64,000 nt of DNA from Nocardioides sp. (lineage in GTDB: Bacteria > Actinomycetota > Actinomycetes > Propionibacteriales > Nocardioidaceae). Location: NCBI RefSeq assembly GCF_016462705.1, contig NZ_JAEMSS010000001.1:241-64240 (forward strand), read 5' to 3'. The notes below the pieces were generated by a model. It did no database searches. It saw only the letters and a program-made list of their open reading frames with translations, and had not been told where the DNA came from. Of the stretch, positions 29,777 to 40,200 are shown piece by piece. Numbering within the stretch: position 1 is the stretch's first letter; every line of letters begins with the position of its first letter. The position numbers were made by a program, and so were the translations under genes.

Positions 29777-30149
29777 CGACCAGGAAGACGGCGAACAAGG
29801 CGATGCAGAGGGCGTCGAAGACCACGCTGAACGCGGCGACGTCGGCCCGGAGCTCGGCCCGCGGCACGAGGAGCGCCAGGAACGTCGACTTCGTCACGAG
29901 AGCGCCGGCGAGGGCCGCGACCCGTGCCGGCGGGAAGAACGCCGCCCACACCAGCGCGCCACCGAGGGCGAGCTGGAGCATCCCACGGTGTTGCAGCAGC
30001 GCGAGGCTCATCGGATCCGGATCGCTGACCCCGTAGGTCCACTCCAGGACCTCCGGCTCGGCCAGGGCGAGGGCAGGCGTGGCGGTGACGACCCCGATCA
30101 CGACCAACGCAGCCGCGAGAAGCCTGGGTGACGTACGTCCGGCGGGCAT
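29736..30149 (-). CDS. Small membrane protein
   Basis: RBS GAAGGGA then ATG 30149; MPAGRTSPRLLAAALVVIG..., four hydrophobic segments. Confidence 0.7.
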   Translation of the reverse strand: MPAGRTSPRLLAAALVVIGVVTATPALALAEPEVLEWTYGVSDPDPMSLALLQHRGMLQLALGGALVWAAFFPPARVAALAGALVTKSTFLALLVPRAELRADVAAFSVVFDALCIALFAVFLVVTAVRGRRRADVR

Positions 30150-30171
30150 GGCGACATCCCTTCGGCAGTTC

Positions 30172-30194
30172 TCCTGACAATCAGGATAACTGAT
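30172..30194. promoter_or_regulatory. Probable MarR operator(s)
   Basis: Overlapping palindromes TCCTGACAATCAGGA and ATCAGGATAACTGAT. Confidence 0.55.
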
Positions 30195-30210
30195 GAATCG
30201 TCCTGGGTGG

Positions 30211-30648
30211 TCAGCATTCCGGCCGCCGTACCGCGAACAGCTTGCGGAGCAGCGCGTTGAGGTCGCCCTGCTGCCGCGCGGTGAGGGGCTCGAGGAAGTC
30301 GGCTTCCGCCTGGTCGAGCAACCGACCCGCGTCGGTGAGGCGGGCTGCTCCGACGGACGTGGCGACCACGGCTCGCTTGCGGCGGTCGGCGGGGTCCGGA
30401 CGGCGCTCGACGAGGCCGAGCTCCTCGAGCCGGTCGATGACGGCGACCATGGTCGTACGGTCCAGACCGCTGAGGGCGACGAGCTCCGCCTGCGACCGCA
30501 CGTCACTGCCGAGGAGTGCCAGCACGCGGAGCTCACGGCCGCGCAGGTCGAGCGGCGCGAGAGTCCTCTCGATCACCCGGTCCACCCCCACCCCCAGGCG
30601 GTGCAGGAGGAAGCCGGTCGTCTCGGTGAACGATCCCGCGTCAGCCAT
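30211..30648 (-). CDS. MarR-family regulator
   Basis: SQAEL..LDRTTMV..IDRLE..GLVERR.DPADRR. Confidence 0.9.
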   Translation of the reverse strand: MADAGSFTETTGFLLHRLGVGVDRVIERTLAPLDLRGRELRVLALLGSDVRSQAELVALSGLDRTTMVAVIDRLEELGLVERRPDPADRRKRAVVATSVGAARLTDAGRLLDQAEADFLEPLTARQQGDLNALLRKLFAVRRPEC

Positions 30649-30700
30649 CCCCTCGCCCCCACCCTCCGTGAGATCCGAGTGCACATGGTGCCACTCGGAC

Positions 30701-30748
30701 CGGCGGTGCCGCGGCCGGCGGCGGGGCCGAGGAGCCGCGGCAGCGCCG
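30701..30748 (-). terminator. GC-rich hairpin after the nitroreductase gene
   Basis: CGGCG-G-TGCCGCGGC ... GCCGCGGCA-G-CGCCG. Confidence 0.4.
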
Positions 30749-30759
30749 CGACGAGTCGG

Positions 30760-31206
30760 TCAGCTCGCCCGTTCGAGCAGGAACACCGGGATCTCCCGGT
30801 CGGTCTTCTCCTGGTACTCGGCGTACGGGGCGTACTGCTGGACGCACCGCTCCCACCACTCGGCACGCTCCTCGCCCTCGGCGATCCGCGCGACGTACTC
30901 GTGCGGCTCAGGCCCGTCCTGGAGGTCGACCCGCGGGTTGGCGAGGAAGTTGTGGTACCACTCCGGGTGCTCCGGGGCACCACCCTTGGAGGCCACCGCG
31001 GCGTAGACGCCGTCGTGCTCGACCCGCATGACCGGGTTCTTGCGGAGCTTGCCGCTCTTGTGCCCGACCGACGTGATGACCACGATCGGCCACTCGGGCT
31101 TCCCCATCAGCAGGTTGCCGCGCTCGCCGTTCGAGGACTCGTACTCCTCGACCTGGTCGCGGACCCACTCGGACGCGCTGGGCTCGTACTCACCTTGGAG
31201 GGTCAC
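30760..31206 (-). CDS. Deazaflavin (F420)-dependent nitroreductase-family oxidoreductase (Ddn-like)
   Basis: GHKSGKLRKNP, VASKGGAPEHPEWYHN, YAEYQEKTDREIPVF; start moved to GTG 31206. Confidence 0.92.
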   Translation of the reverse strand: MTLQGEYEPSASEWVRDQVEEYESSNGERGNLLMGKPEWPIVVITSVGHKSGKLRKNPVMRVEHDGVYAAVASKGGAPEHPEWYHNFLANPRVDLQDGPEPHEYVARIAEGEERAEWWERCVQQYAPYAEYQEKTDREIPVFLLERAS

Positions 31207-31216
31207 GACATACCGG

Positions 31217-31242
31217 AACCCGTTCCACGGCCCGGGCATTCC
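31217..31242 (-). promoter_or_regulatory. SigR/SigH-type promoter
   Basis: GGAAT-N18-GTT exactly, 10 nt before the GTG start. Confidence 0.65.
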
Positions 31243-31253
31243 TCGTCGCCGTG

Positions 31254-31844
31254 CTAGAGCTCCACGCGCAGGTCGTGGGTGGTGTCGAACCAGTCGCCCG
31301 TGGTCAGCGCCGGGTCACCGTCGTCCCAGTGCCTGGCCTTGAACTTCCGGGTCGAGGCGTAGCTGGAGATGTAGCCCCGGTCGTCGAGGAACCGGGCGCA
31401 CCGGTCGGGCAGCTTGTAGGTGACGACGTCCTTGTCGAAGTCGGGCCTGATCTTGATGCCCCGGCACTTCTCGGCGTGGTAGCCGTCGAACGCGTCGTCC
31501 GGGTCGATCACCCAGTTGACCCGTTTCACCTTCCCCTTCTCATTGAGCCGCAGCTCGAGGAAGTTGCCGTGGACGGGCGCGAACGGGTCGTCACTGGGCC
31601 GGTTGAAGAACTGCACGAAGAGGCGCAGCCGCTCCTTCTTGCGCAGGTCCTTGAACCGGAGCTTCGCCGAGGCTCCCTTGCTGTTGTACGTCACCGTCAG
31701 GGACGTGATGTCGATGTCGCGGTGCGGTACGTCGAAGGCCGAGTCGTCCTGCAGGGTCTCGCGCCCGGCCTGGGCCGGCGCCGGCGCCAGCAGGGTGAGG
31801 GCGAGGACGACGCCGAGGAGCCGCACGGACCGAGAGAGACGCAT
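31254..31844 (-). CDS. Secreted hypothetical protein
   Basis: Signal peptide MRLSRSVRLLGVVLALTLLAPAPAQA; Lys-rich beta domain with two Cys. Confidence 0.75.
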   Translation of the reverse strand: MRLSRSVRLLGVVLALTLLAPAPAQAGRETLQDDSAFDVPHRDIDITSLTVTYNSKGASAKLRFKDLRKKERLRLFVQFFNRPSDDPFAPVHGNFLELRLNEKGKVKRVNWVIDPDDAFDGYHAEKCRGIKIRPDFDKDVVTYKLPDRCARFLDDRGYISSYASTRKFKARHWDDGDPALTTGDWFDTTHDLRVEL

Positions 31845-31882
31845 GGACCACTGTAGGACCGGGCGTCCGGCCGCGGCACCCC

Positions 31883-33196
31883 TCAGCGGACGCCCTTGAT
31901 CCGGGTCACGAAGACCGAGCCGAGCACGCTGGACACGAACGCGACGGCGTACACGACCAGGTACCCGGTGGAGAACCCCGTGCCGTCGGTGTCGACCGCG
32001 CCCCCGGTCGCCTCGACCACCGCCAGCAGGACCCCTGCGAGCACCGGCGCGACGACCTGCGGGAGTGCGTTGGCGATGTTGATGACGCCGAGGTCCTTGG
32101 CCCTGTCCTCGGCGCCCGGCAGGACCTCGGTGATCAGCGCGAAGTCGACGGAGACGTAGATGCCGTAGGAGCAGCCCATCACCAGCGCGGCCGCGACCGC
32201 CAGTGGCCAGCTCTGGCCGGCGCCCAGCATGAGCGACGCACACGCGGACACCAGTCCTGACCAGATCACGAAGACCTTGCGGCGGCCGAGCCGGTCACTC
32301 CAGACGCCGAACCCGACCGCCGTGAGCATCAGCGTGCCGCCGTAGATGGCGGTCAGCGTGAACACCCGGTTCTCCGCCTCGTCGGAGGTGAACCCGAGGA
32401 CGTCCTGGAGGAAGTAGAGCAGGTAGAGGAGACCCAGCGCGTTGCCGAGGTTGACCAGGAACCGGGTCAGCCACGCCCAGGCGAAGTCGGGATGGGCCCG
32501 CGGTGAGATCCAGAACGAGCGGAGGAACCTGCCGAGGTCGAAGGGCTCGCGGTACGCCGGCGGGAGCGCCGCGTCGTTCGCGCTGAAGCAGAACGGCGCG
32601 GCGAGGACGACGAGGAACGCCGCCGTCGCGAGGTAGCCGGTCGCGATGCTGCCGGTCGCGGCCGCGATCCCCGCACCGCCCACGACCCCGACGGTCTGGG
32701 CGACGGCGACGATGCCGCCGATCCGGCCACGCTGCGAGACCGGCACCTGGTCGGGGACCATCGCGGTGACCGCGGCGAGCATCGCGTTGAGCGACGCCTG
32801 CACCCCACACCAGCCGAGCACCATCCACCACACGCTGTCGGCGGCGGAGAGGAACACCAGCCCGGCCGCCCCGCCGAGCGCGCCGCCGACGATCCACGGC
32901 AGCCGGCGTCCGGCACGCAGCGTCGTCCGGTCGGAGAACGCTCCCGCGACCGGGTTGCAGATCACCGACGTGAGGGCGCCGAGGCCGGTGACCAGGGCGA
33001 GGATCTGCTCCTTGTCGGCCGGGTCGATCGCCTCGGCCTGCTGGGCCAGCAGCACCTGGATCGGCCCGAAGAACCCCGCCCACAGCCCGATGCTCGCGAG
33101 GGTCAGGAGCCCGACCCAGCGCGCGCCCGGGTGCTCGGTCGGCTCGGCCAGAGCCCTTGGCACGGACCGCGCGGTCACCGGCTCCTCGACAGTCAC
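31883..33196 (-). CDS. MFS transporter (sugar-type)
   Basis: GAFSDRT...GRRLPW, WSDRLGRRK, AKDLGVINIA; about 12 TM. Confidence 0.9.
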   Translation of the reverse strand: MTVEEPVTARSVPRALAEPTEHPGARWVGLLTLASIGLWAGFFGPIQVLLAQQAEAIDPADKEQILALVTGLGALTSVICNPVAGAFSDRTTLRAGRRLPWIVGGALGGAAGLVFLSAADSVWWMVLGWCGVQASLNAMLAAVTAMVPDQVPVSQRGRIGGIVAVAQTVGVVGGAGIAAATGSIATGYLATAAFLVVLAAPFCFSANDAALPPAYREPFDLGRFLRSFWISPRAHPDFAWAWLTRFLVNLGNALGLLYLLYFLQDVLGFTSDEAENRVFTLTAIYGGTLMLTAVGFGVWSDRLGRRKVFVIWSGLVSACASLMLGAGQSWPLAVAAALVMGCSYGIYVSVDFALITEVLPGAEDRAKDLGVINIANALPQVVAPVLAGVLLAVVEATGGAVDTDGTGFSTGYLVVYAVAFVSSVLGSVFVTRIKGVR

Positions 33197-33221
33197 GGAG
33201 TGAGGTCTACCGTGATCCACC

Positions 33222-34139
33222 GTGAGCGCACTAGAGGGCGTGTCCGAGACCTTCGACCCGGAGGCCTGGGAACCTGTCCCCGGATTCGAGGACCTGACCG
33301 ACCTCACCTACCACCGCGCCGGGGCGCATGGGACGGTCCGGGTCGCCTTCGACCGCCCCGACGTGCTCAACGCCTTCCGGCCGCACACCGTCGACGAGCT
33401 GCTCCGGGTCCTCGAGCACGCCCGGACGTCGAGCGACGTCGGCTGCGTGCTCCTCACCGGCAACGGACCGAGCGAGAAGAACGGCAAGCGCTCCTTCTGC
33501 ACCGGCGGCGACCAGCGGATCCGCGGCCGCACGGGTTACCAGTACGCCGAGGGCGAGACCGCCGAGACCGTGGACAAGGCCAAGCTCGGACGGCTGCACA
33601 TCCTCGAGTGCCAGCGGCTCATCCGGTTCATGCCCAAGATCGTCATCTGCGTCGTGCCGGGGTGGACCGCCGGCGGAGGCCACAGCCTGCACGTCGTCTG
33701 CGACCTCACGCTGGCCAGCGCGGAGCACGCCCGGTTCAAGCAGACCGACGCCGACGTCGGCTCGTTCGACGGCGGGTTCGGGTCGGCCTACCTCGCCCGC
33801 CAGGTGGGCCAGAAGCTCGCCCGCGAGATCTTCTTCCTCGGTCAGGAGTACTCCGCCGAGGACGGCGTGCGGATGGGCGCGGTCAACCGGGCCGTCCCGC
33901 ACGCCGAGCTCGAGGCGACGGCCCTGGAGTGGGGACGGCTGGTCAACGGCAAGTCCCCGACCGCCCAGCGGATGCTGAAGTACTCGTTCAACCTGATCGA
34001 CGACGGACTCGTCGGCCAACAGCTGTTCGCCGGCGAGACGACTCGTCTGGCCTACATGACCGACGAGGCGGCCGAGGGCCGCGACCAGTTCCTGGAGAAG
34101 CGCGAGCCGGACTGGTCGCCGTTCCCCTGGTACTACTGA
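33222..34139 (+). CDS. menB: 1,4-dihydroxy-2-naphthoyl-CoA synthase
   Basis: NAFRPHTVDEL, FCTGGDQRIRG, GGGHSLHVVCDLT, DADVGSFDGG. Confidence 0.96.
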   Translation: MSALEGVSETFDPEAWEPVPGFEDLTDLTYHRAGAHGTVRVAFDRPDVLNAFRPHTVDELLRVLEHARTSSDVGCVLLTGNGPSEKNGKRSFCTGGDQRIRGRTGYQYAEGETAETVDKAKLGRLHILECQRLIRFMPKIVICVVPGWTAGGGHSLHVVCDLTLASAEHARFKQTDADVGSFDGGFGSAYLARQVGQKLAREIFFLGQEYSAEDGVRMGAVNRAVPHAELEATALEWGRLVNGKSPTAQRMLKYSFNLIDDGLVGQQLFAGETTRLAYMTDEAAEGRDQFLEKREPDWSPFPWYY

Positions 34140-34156
34140 CGCGACGCACGGCCCGT

Positions 34157-34206
34157 CACCGCACCGCACCGCACCGCACCGCACAGCACCGCACCGCACA
34201 GCACCG
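34157..34206. repeat. Pentanucleotide tandem repeat (CACCG/CACAG) x10
   Basis: Read directly: 8 CACCG and 2 CACAG units. Confidence 0.95.
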
Positions 34207-34207
34207 G

Positions 34208-34237
34208 GGCCCCGCCCGGCTCTCGCCGGGCGGGGCC
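34208..34237. terminator. Probable bidirectional terminator between menB and the teneurin-like gene
   Basis: Perfect 13-bp stem GGCCCCGCCCGGC-TCTC-GCCGGGCGGGGCC. Confidence 0.75.
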
Positions 34238-34260
34238 GTGTGGTGCATGTTCCGGAGGTG

Positions 34261-37200
34261 TCAGTTGCCCCCCTGCGATCCGGTGGGGGCGTCGATGCCG
34301 CCCGCCTCGCGGGCCCGCGCGAGGTTGCCGTTCTGGAAGAAGCCGCCGAAGTAGTCGTTGGCGTTGACGCTTCCCTCGTACTCCTCGCCCAGCTTCAGGT
34401 CCTTGCCGAAGAACGGGATCTTCTTGAGGATCGGGATCGTCGTGCTCAGCTTGACCTTCCAGTCGAGGGTGTCGTCGTAGATGTTCTCGTACGGGTCCTC
34501 CGACTCGTTCGGCGAGATGCCGAGGCTGCAGTTGGCGGAGACCTCGAGCACGTCGGTGCCGTTGACCTGCACCTTCTGGCTGGTGCCCACCGACATCGCG
34601 TTGTTGTCGGTGTCGATGGAGACCGGGCCGATCTTCAGCATCTTCTTGGCCCGGCTGATCACCTGCTTCTCCGCCTGCTCGGTCAGCCATGACGTGGCGT
34701 CCTTGACCCGGTCCCAGGCCGTCTTGTCAGTGATCTCGACCGACAACTCGCTCGCCTCGGAGTAGTCCTCCTCGGACAGACCGCTCGGGTCCACGTGGCC
34801 GACCGGGTCCTGCCCCACGTAGGCGTAGAGGTCGGTCTGCCCGCCGCCGAGCCCGATCGGGTCGCGGGTCGTCCAGCGACCCGTGCCCGGCTCGTAGTCG
34901 CGCATCCCGAATCGCACGAGTCCCGTGACGGCGTCGGGGATGCCGCCGGCGAAGCCGAGCGGGACCTCGAAGCCGGGAGCCGAGTCCGCCAGGACCTGGC
35001 CGAAGGCGTCGTACCGCACCGTCTTGACGACCGTCCCGGCCGCGTCGGTGACCACCCGCGGGGACCCGACCTGGTCGGTCGCGACGTAGAACCGCTTGCC
35101 GCCGCGCTCGAACGAGGCCAGCCGGCCGTGGTCGTCGTACCACAGCGTCGTCAGCACGCCATCGGGACCGCGCACGGCGCTGAGCCGGAACGGCGAGCTC
35201 ATGCTGCCGTACAGGTACTGCGTCGTGCCACCGGCGTCCCTGCGGGTGGTGCGCCGGCCCTCGGCGTCGTAGCCGTAGGAGACCGTCGTCCCGCCGACCG
35301 TCGCCGTGACCAGCCGGCCGTCGTAGCCGTAGCCGAACGTGTCGGGCCCACGCGTCGACAGCGACCCGTCGTCGGTGTAGCCGTAGGCGACGGTGCCGGC
35401 CTTGACCAGCCGGTCGGCGTCGTCGTAGTCGTAGCCCACGCTCTGCCCGTTGCGCACGGCGCTGGTGCGCCGGCCGTCGACGTCGTAGTCATAGGTCTCC
35501 ACGACCGTGCCGTCGCGGCGGACCTCGGTGAGCCGTCCGAGCGGGTCGTAGTCGTACTCCACGGCCTCCTCGTCGCCCGCGACCACCTCGACGCGCTCAG
35601 CGACGGTGCCGGCCGTGTCCGTCACGAGCTCGGAGGAGTACGCCTCCTCGCCGGCCACGGTGAGGGCGAGCGCGTCGAGCGCGCCGTACCCGTCGTAGCC
35701 GTAGGCGAGGCTGCCCGTGCCGTCGCCGAAGGACGTGGCAGCGCCGCGGCTGTCCCGGCCGATGGTGAACGGGCCGGCCTTGGTCATCGCCAGGTCCTTG
35801 TCGTAGGCGTAGGGGATCGCCACGGTGTCGGCCCCGCTGGTGAGCTTCACGTCCACGGGCAGGAGGTTCGCGTCGTAGGAGTAGGTCCACGCCGCCTCCG
35901 CCGGTCCGGTCACGTCCGTGCTCGTCAGGAGGGGACCGTCGTAGCCGAAGCTGCGGACCTGCGCCGGGCCGCCCCCGGGGTCGGCCGCGGTGCGCGAGGT
36001 CGCGCCACCAGGCCCGCCGTGGGCGAACGAGGTCGACCCGAGCGACTCCGTCCCGGAGACCAGCCGTCCGGCGTCGTCGTACCCCAGCGTGGTCGCCGCA
36101 CCTGGGCGGCTGACCGTGACCGGCAGACCGTCCTTGTCGTACGACGTCGCCCACTCGCCCGCGCCGGCCGGGTCGTCGGACGCGACCCGGTCGCCGTCGT
36201 CGTACCCGATCCGGTGCACCCGGCCGCCGGGCCGGGTGACGCTGGTGACGTTGCCGTCGGCGTCGTGCCCGAAGCGGGTCACGCTGTCGTCCGGGAGGGT
36301 CACCGACACCACGCGGTCCGCGTCGTCGTAGCCGAAGCGGGTGAGCCCGTCGGCGCTGTCGATGCCGACCAGGCGGTTGAGGGCGTCGTACTCGAGGTCG
36401 ACCTCCCGGTCGCCCTGCTCGACGTGGTCGAGCCTGCCGTGCTCGTCGTAGGAGCGCACCACCGGCAGCACGTCCGCGCCCGGCTCGACCCGGACCACCC
36501 GTCCGCCGTCGTCGAACCCGGCCTTGGTCACCCGTCCCTCGGGGCTGGTCGTCGTGACCGAGCGCGCCGGCACGTCGATGACCGAGGTGGACGTCTGCCC
36601 GTTGAGGGTCACCGTCCGGGTGAGCGTGCGCAGGCTGAGCGGGTTCAGCGGGTCGTCGAGCTCGGCCGTGGCCGTCGCGGACGAGACCACCTTCCTGCCC
36701 CCGGGGGTCGTGACGGTCTCGGCCGTGACGATCGGCGCGCTCATCCCGAACCGCGGGTCGGGCCCGAGCGTGCGCACGACGGTGGTGCCGTCGGGCTCCA
36801 CGACGGTTCGGGTGCCGTCCGCGGCGATGGTGCCCACGACCTTGTCGCCGGTCCCCGCCGTCACGGTGCGCCGGGTGGCGCCGCCCGGCAGTCGCTCGGT
36901 GCGGTACGTCGCCGTCCGGCCGAGCGTGCTGGTCGCGGTCACCGTCTGCTCCGAGTGGCCGACCGTGCGGGTGAGCGTGGTGCTCACCCCGTCCGGACCC
37001 TCGTCGCGCTGGAGCAGCCCCGACGGGGAGTAGGTGAAGCGGTGCACGCCGCCACCTGGCTCGGTGAGGGTCTCCAGCAGGCCGGTGGGGGTCGAGGTGA
37101 GCTGCGTCGGCTCGGAACCCGGGGCCGTGACCGAGGCGAGGTATCCCGCCGCGTCCGAGGTCAGCGCCGTGCGCTGTCCACCCGGTGCGACGACCGCCGT

Positions 37201-40200
37201 GGGCCGTCCGGCGCCGTCCCGCTCCACGCGGGTCGCATCGCCGTCGCCGTCGGTGATCGAGGCGATCCTGCCGGCCGCGTCGTAGGCGATCCTCGCCCGC
37301 GTGGCGCCGGTGATCGTGTCGACGGTCCGCACGTGGCGGCCCTGCTCGAACTGGTAGAGCTCGGCCCCGTCGGACGACGGGATCGCGAGCGCACCGGTCG
37401 AGGTGCCGGGCAGGGCCGGGGCGATCATCCGGACCCGGGCGCTGCCCGAGTCGACGACGTAGATCCGGCCGTCGGCAGCCACCGTCACACCCTTCGGACC
37501 TGCGAAGGTCGCGCGGCTCGCCGGCCCGCCGTCGCCGCCGTAGGCGCGCGTGGTGCCACCCGCCAGGGTGCGGATGGACCCGTCTGCGCCGACCATGCGC
37601 AGCTTCCAGGACGCGCCGAGCACCCCGTTCTCGGTGAACAGGAACCCGCCCTCGGGCAGCACGGCGATCGACTGCGGGGACCAGATCTTCGCGCTGACCG
37701 CGTCCGCCCCGTCGCCGCCGTTGCCGGCACCCACGACCGTGCGCAGCGAGCCGTCGGTGGCCACCCGCCGGATCCGGTCGTTGCTGGTGTCGGCGATCAG
37801 CAGGGAGCCGTCGGGCATGGCCGTCACGTCGCCCACGAAGCCCAGGAGGGACTTCACGGCGCTCGCACCCTCGGTCCGCTGGTTGCCGCAGCGGGCCGTG
37901 TTGTCGGCCGCGGGCGGAGCGACACCGGCGACGGTGCGGATGATGCCGTCGGGCGCGACCGAGCGGATGAGGCAGTTGCGACTGTCGGCGATGTAGAGGG
38001 TGCCGTCCGCCGCGACGTCCACCCCGACGACGTGGTTCAGCGCCGCGCCCTTCGCCGGGACGTTGTCGCCGCTGTAGCCGACGGTGTTCGGCGTGCCGGC
38101 GACGGTGTGGATGACACCATCGGGCGAGACCGATCGCACCGAGTAGCTCGTGGCGATGTAGAGCGTCCCGTCGGGACCGACGGCCACGTCGTTCGGGGCA
38201 CTGATCTGCGCCTGGGTGGCCGGCCCCTCGTCACCGGTGGTCCCCTGCGTGCCGGTCCCGGCGACCGTCGTGATGACGCCCGACGGGTCGATCCTGCGGA
38301 CCCGCTGGTTGAGGGTGTCGGCGACGTAGACCGTACCGTCGGGGGCGGTCGCCACACCGGTCGGAGAGGCCAGCTTGGCCGCCGTGGCCGGACCGCCGTC
38401 GCCCGCGAACCCGTTGGGCGTACCCACCCCGGCGACGGTGCGGATCACGCTCGCGACGTCGTCGCCACCCTGACGGGTGCCGTCGCCGCGAACGAGCTCG
38501 CGTGCCAGCGGGTCGTAGGCGTGGGCGCCGCTCAGCGTCCAGCCACCCAGCCCGGCGGCCCGCGCGTCGATGCCGCCGACCGGCACCTGCTGCATCGACC
38601 AGAGGGTGACCTCCTCACGGGTCCTGCTGCCGGTGATCGCGTCGACGCCGGCGGAGCCGAAGCTGCTGCCGCCGCCGCGGGCGGTCTTGTAGACGCCGTC
38701 GTAGGTGTAGCCGACCCAGATCGTCATGAGCTGGGCCCCCTGCACCTCGCGGCCGTAGGCGTCCTTGCCGTTCCAGCCGGCGTTCGTGACGACGTTGGGA
38801 CCTGGGTTGTTCCACGACGCGAGCCACCGCTGCCCGGCGACCTCGACCACCATCTCGGCGGCCTTCAGCCCTGCGGGCACGGTCGCGCCGGTGATGGGCA
38901 CCCGGACCACGCGGTTCGCCCGCCCGGGGACGCGCTCGCTCTGGTAGGCGAGCTCGCGGTCGGTGCCCGCGACGGCCAGCCGCTCGCCGAGGGTGAGGTC
39001 GTCACAGCCGACGATCGAGCCGGACAGGGTGTTCTTGCACATGAAGTCGCCGTCCTCGACCAGCTGGGGGAGCTGGGGTGCCTGCGCGGTCGCGGGCGGC
39101 TCGAAGGCCCAGTTGTGGTCCCAGGGCGTGAAGTGGCTCATCGAGACCCGCCACAGGCTCTGGCCCGCGGTGTAGAGCCCCGCGAGGGTCTCCAGCTCGG
39201 TGTCGTCGATGCCCAGTGCGCTCAGTGCGGCGGGGGTGGCTGCGGCGCCCTTGCCCTCCACGTCGAGGACCGCCTTGCCGCCGTCGGTCGCCAGCACCTT
39301 CACCACGCGCCCGTCCGCCGACGGCACCCAGGCGGCCTTCTCCCGGTCGTAGTAGCCGGTGGGCACCGGCGTGCCGACGGGGAAGCCGAGGAAGTTGTCG
39401 GTGTAGTTCACGACGGGCTTGCTGAACGTCACCGTGGTGGCGTCCGCGGCCACGGCCTCGTCGATGCTGTACTCCGCCGCGTAGGTGTAGCCGCTCATCG
39501 CGGGCAGCTCGCCGGGCATGGCCTCGGGTCCGTGGTCGCCGACGGTGAACTCAGTCGCCCGCACGTGCACCGCGTCGAGCGCCTGCGTCGAGCCGTCGGG
39601 AAGCACCATCTCCGCCTCCGTGCCCTGGTCGAAGAGGAGGGTCGCCTGACGGGTGCCGGAGCCGTCGGTGACCGGGGACCCCTGCGCGACCTCCACCGGC
39701 TCGGTGAAGTCGATCTCGGTCACCCGCGTGTCATAGGCCACGAGGACGAGGTCGTCGAGCACGACGTAGTCGTTCCACCCGGGAGCGACCTCGCGCTGGG
39801 CGGGGGCGTGCCCGTCGGCCTCGAAGCTGACGACCAGCTCGCCGCCTCCGTTGACGACGAGGTCGTACCCGCCGTCCGCACGGGTGAGCGTGTGCCCCAG
39901 GTCGGGGTGGTCCTTGATCGAGACGGACACCCCCGACAGCGGCTCGCCGTCGCCACCGAGCACGCGGCCGCGGACGACGCCGGCTCGATGGGCGTCGATG
40001 GCGCCGTCTGCGACCCCCTCCTGGATGGGATCGGGGCCCTCGTAGAGGAAGGCCGTGGACTCCGCGACCGTGGTGGGGACGCTCGGGTCGACGGTCGAGG
40101 CGACCGTGCTGGGGTCGGCAGGCAGTCCGTCGGGCGCCTCGGTCACGGTCCACTCGTACGACGCGGGCGAGGCGTCGGCGTTGCCGGCCGCGTCCGTGGC

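Noticed and set aside
34240-34765. Short plus-strand ORFs over the Rhs tail as immunity genes
   Set aside because: Fully antisense to the cargo, with no RBS or promoter evidence.
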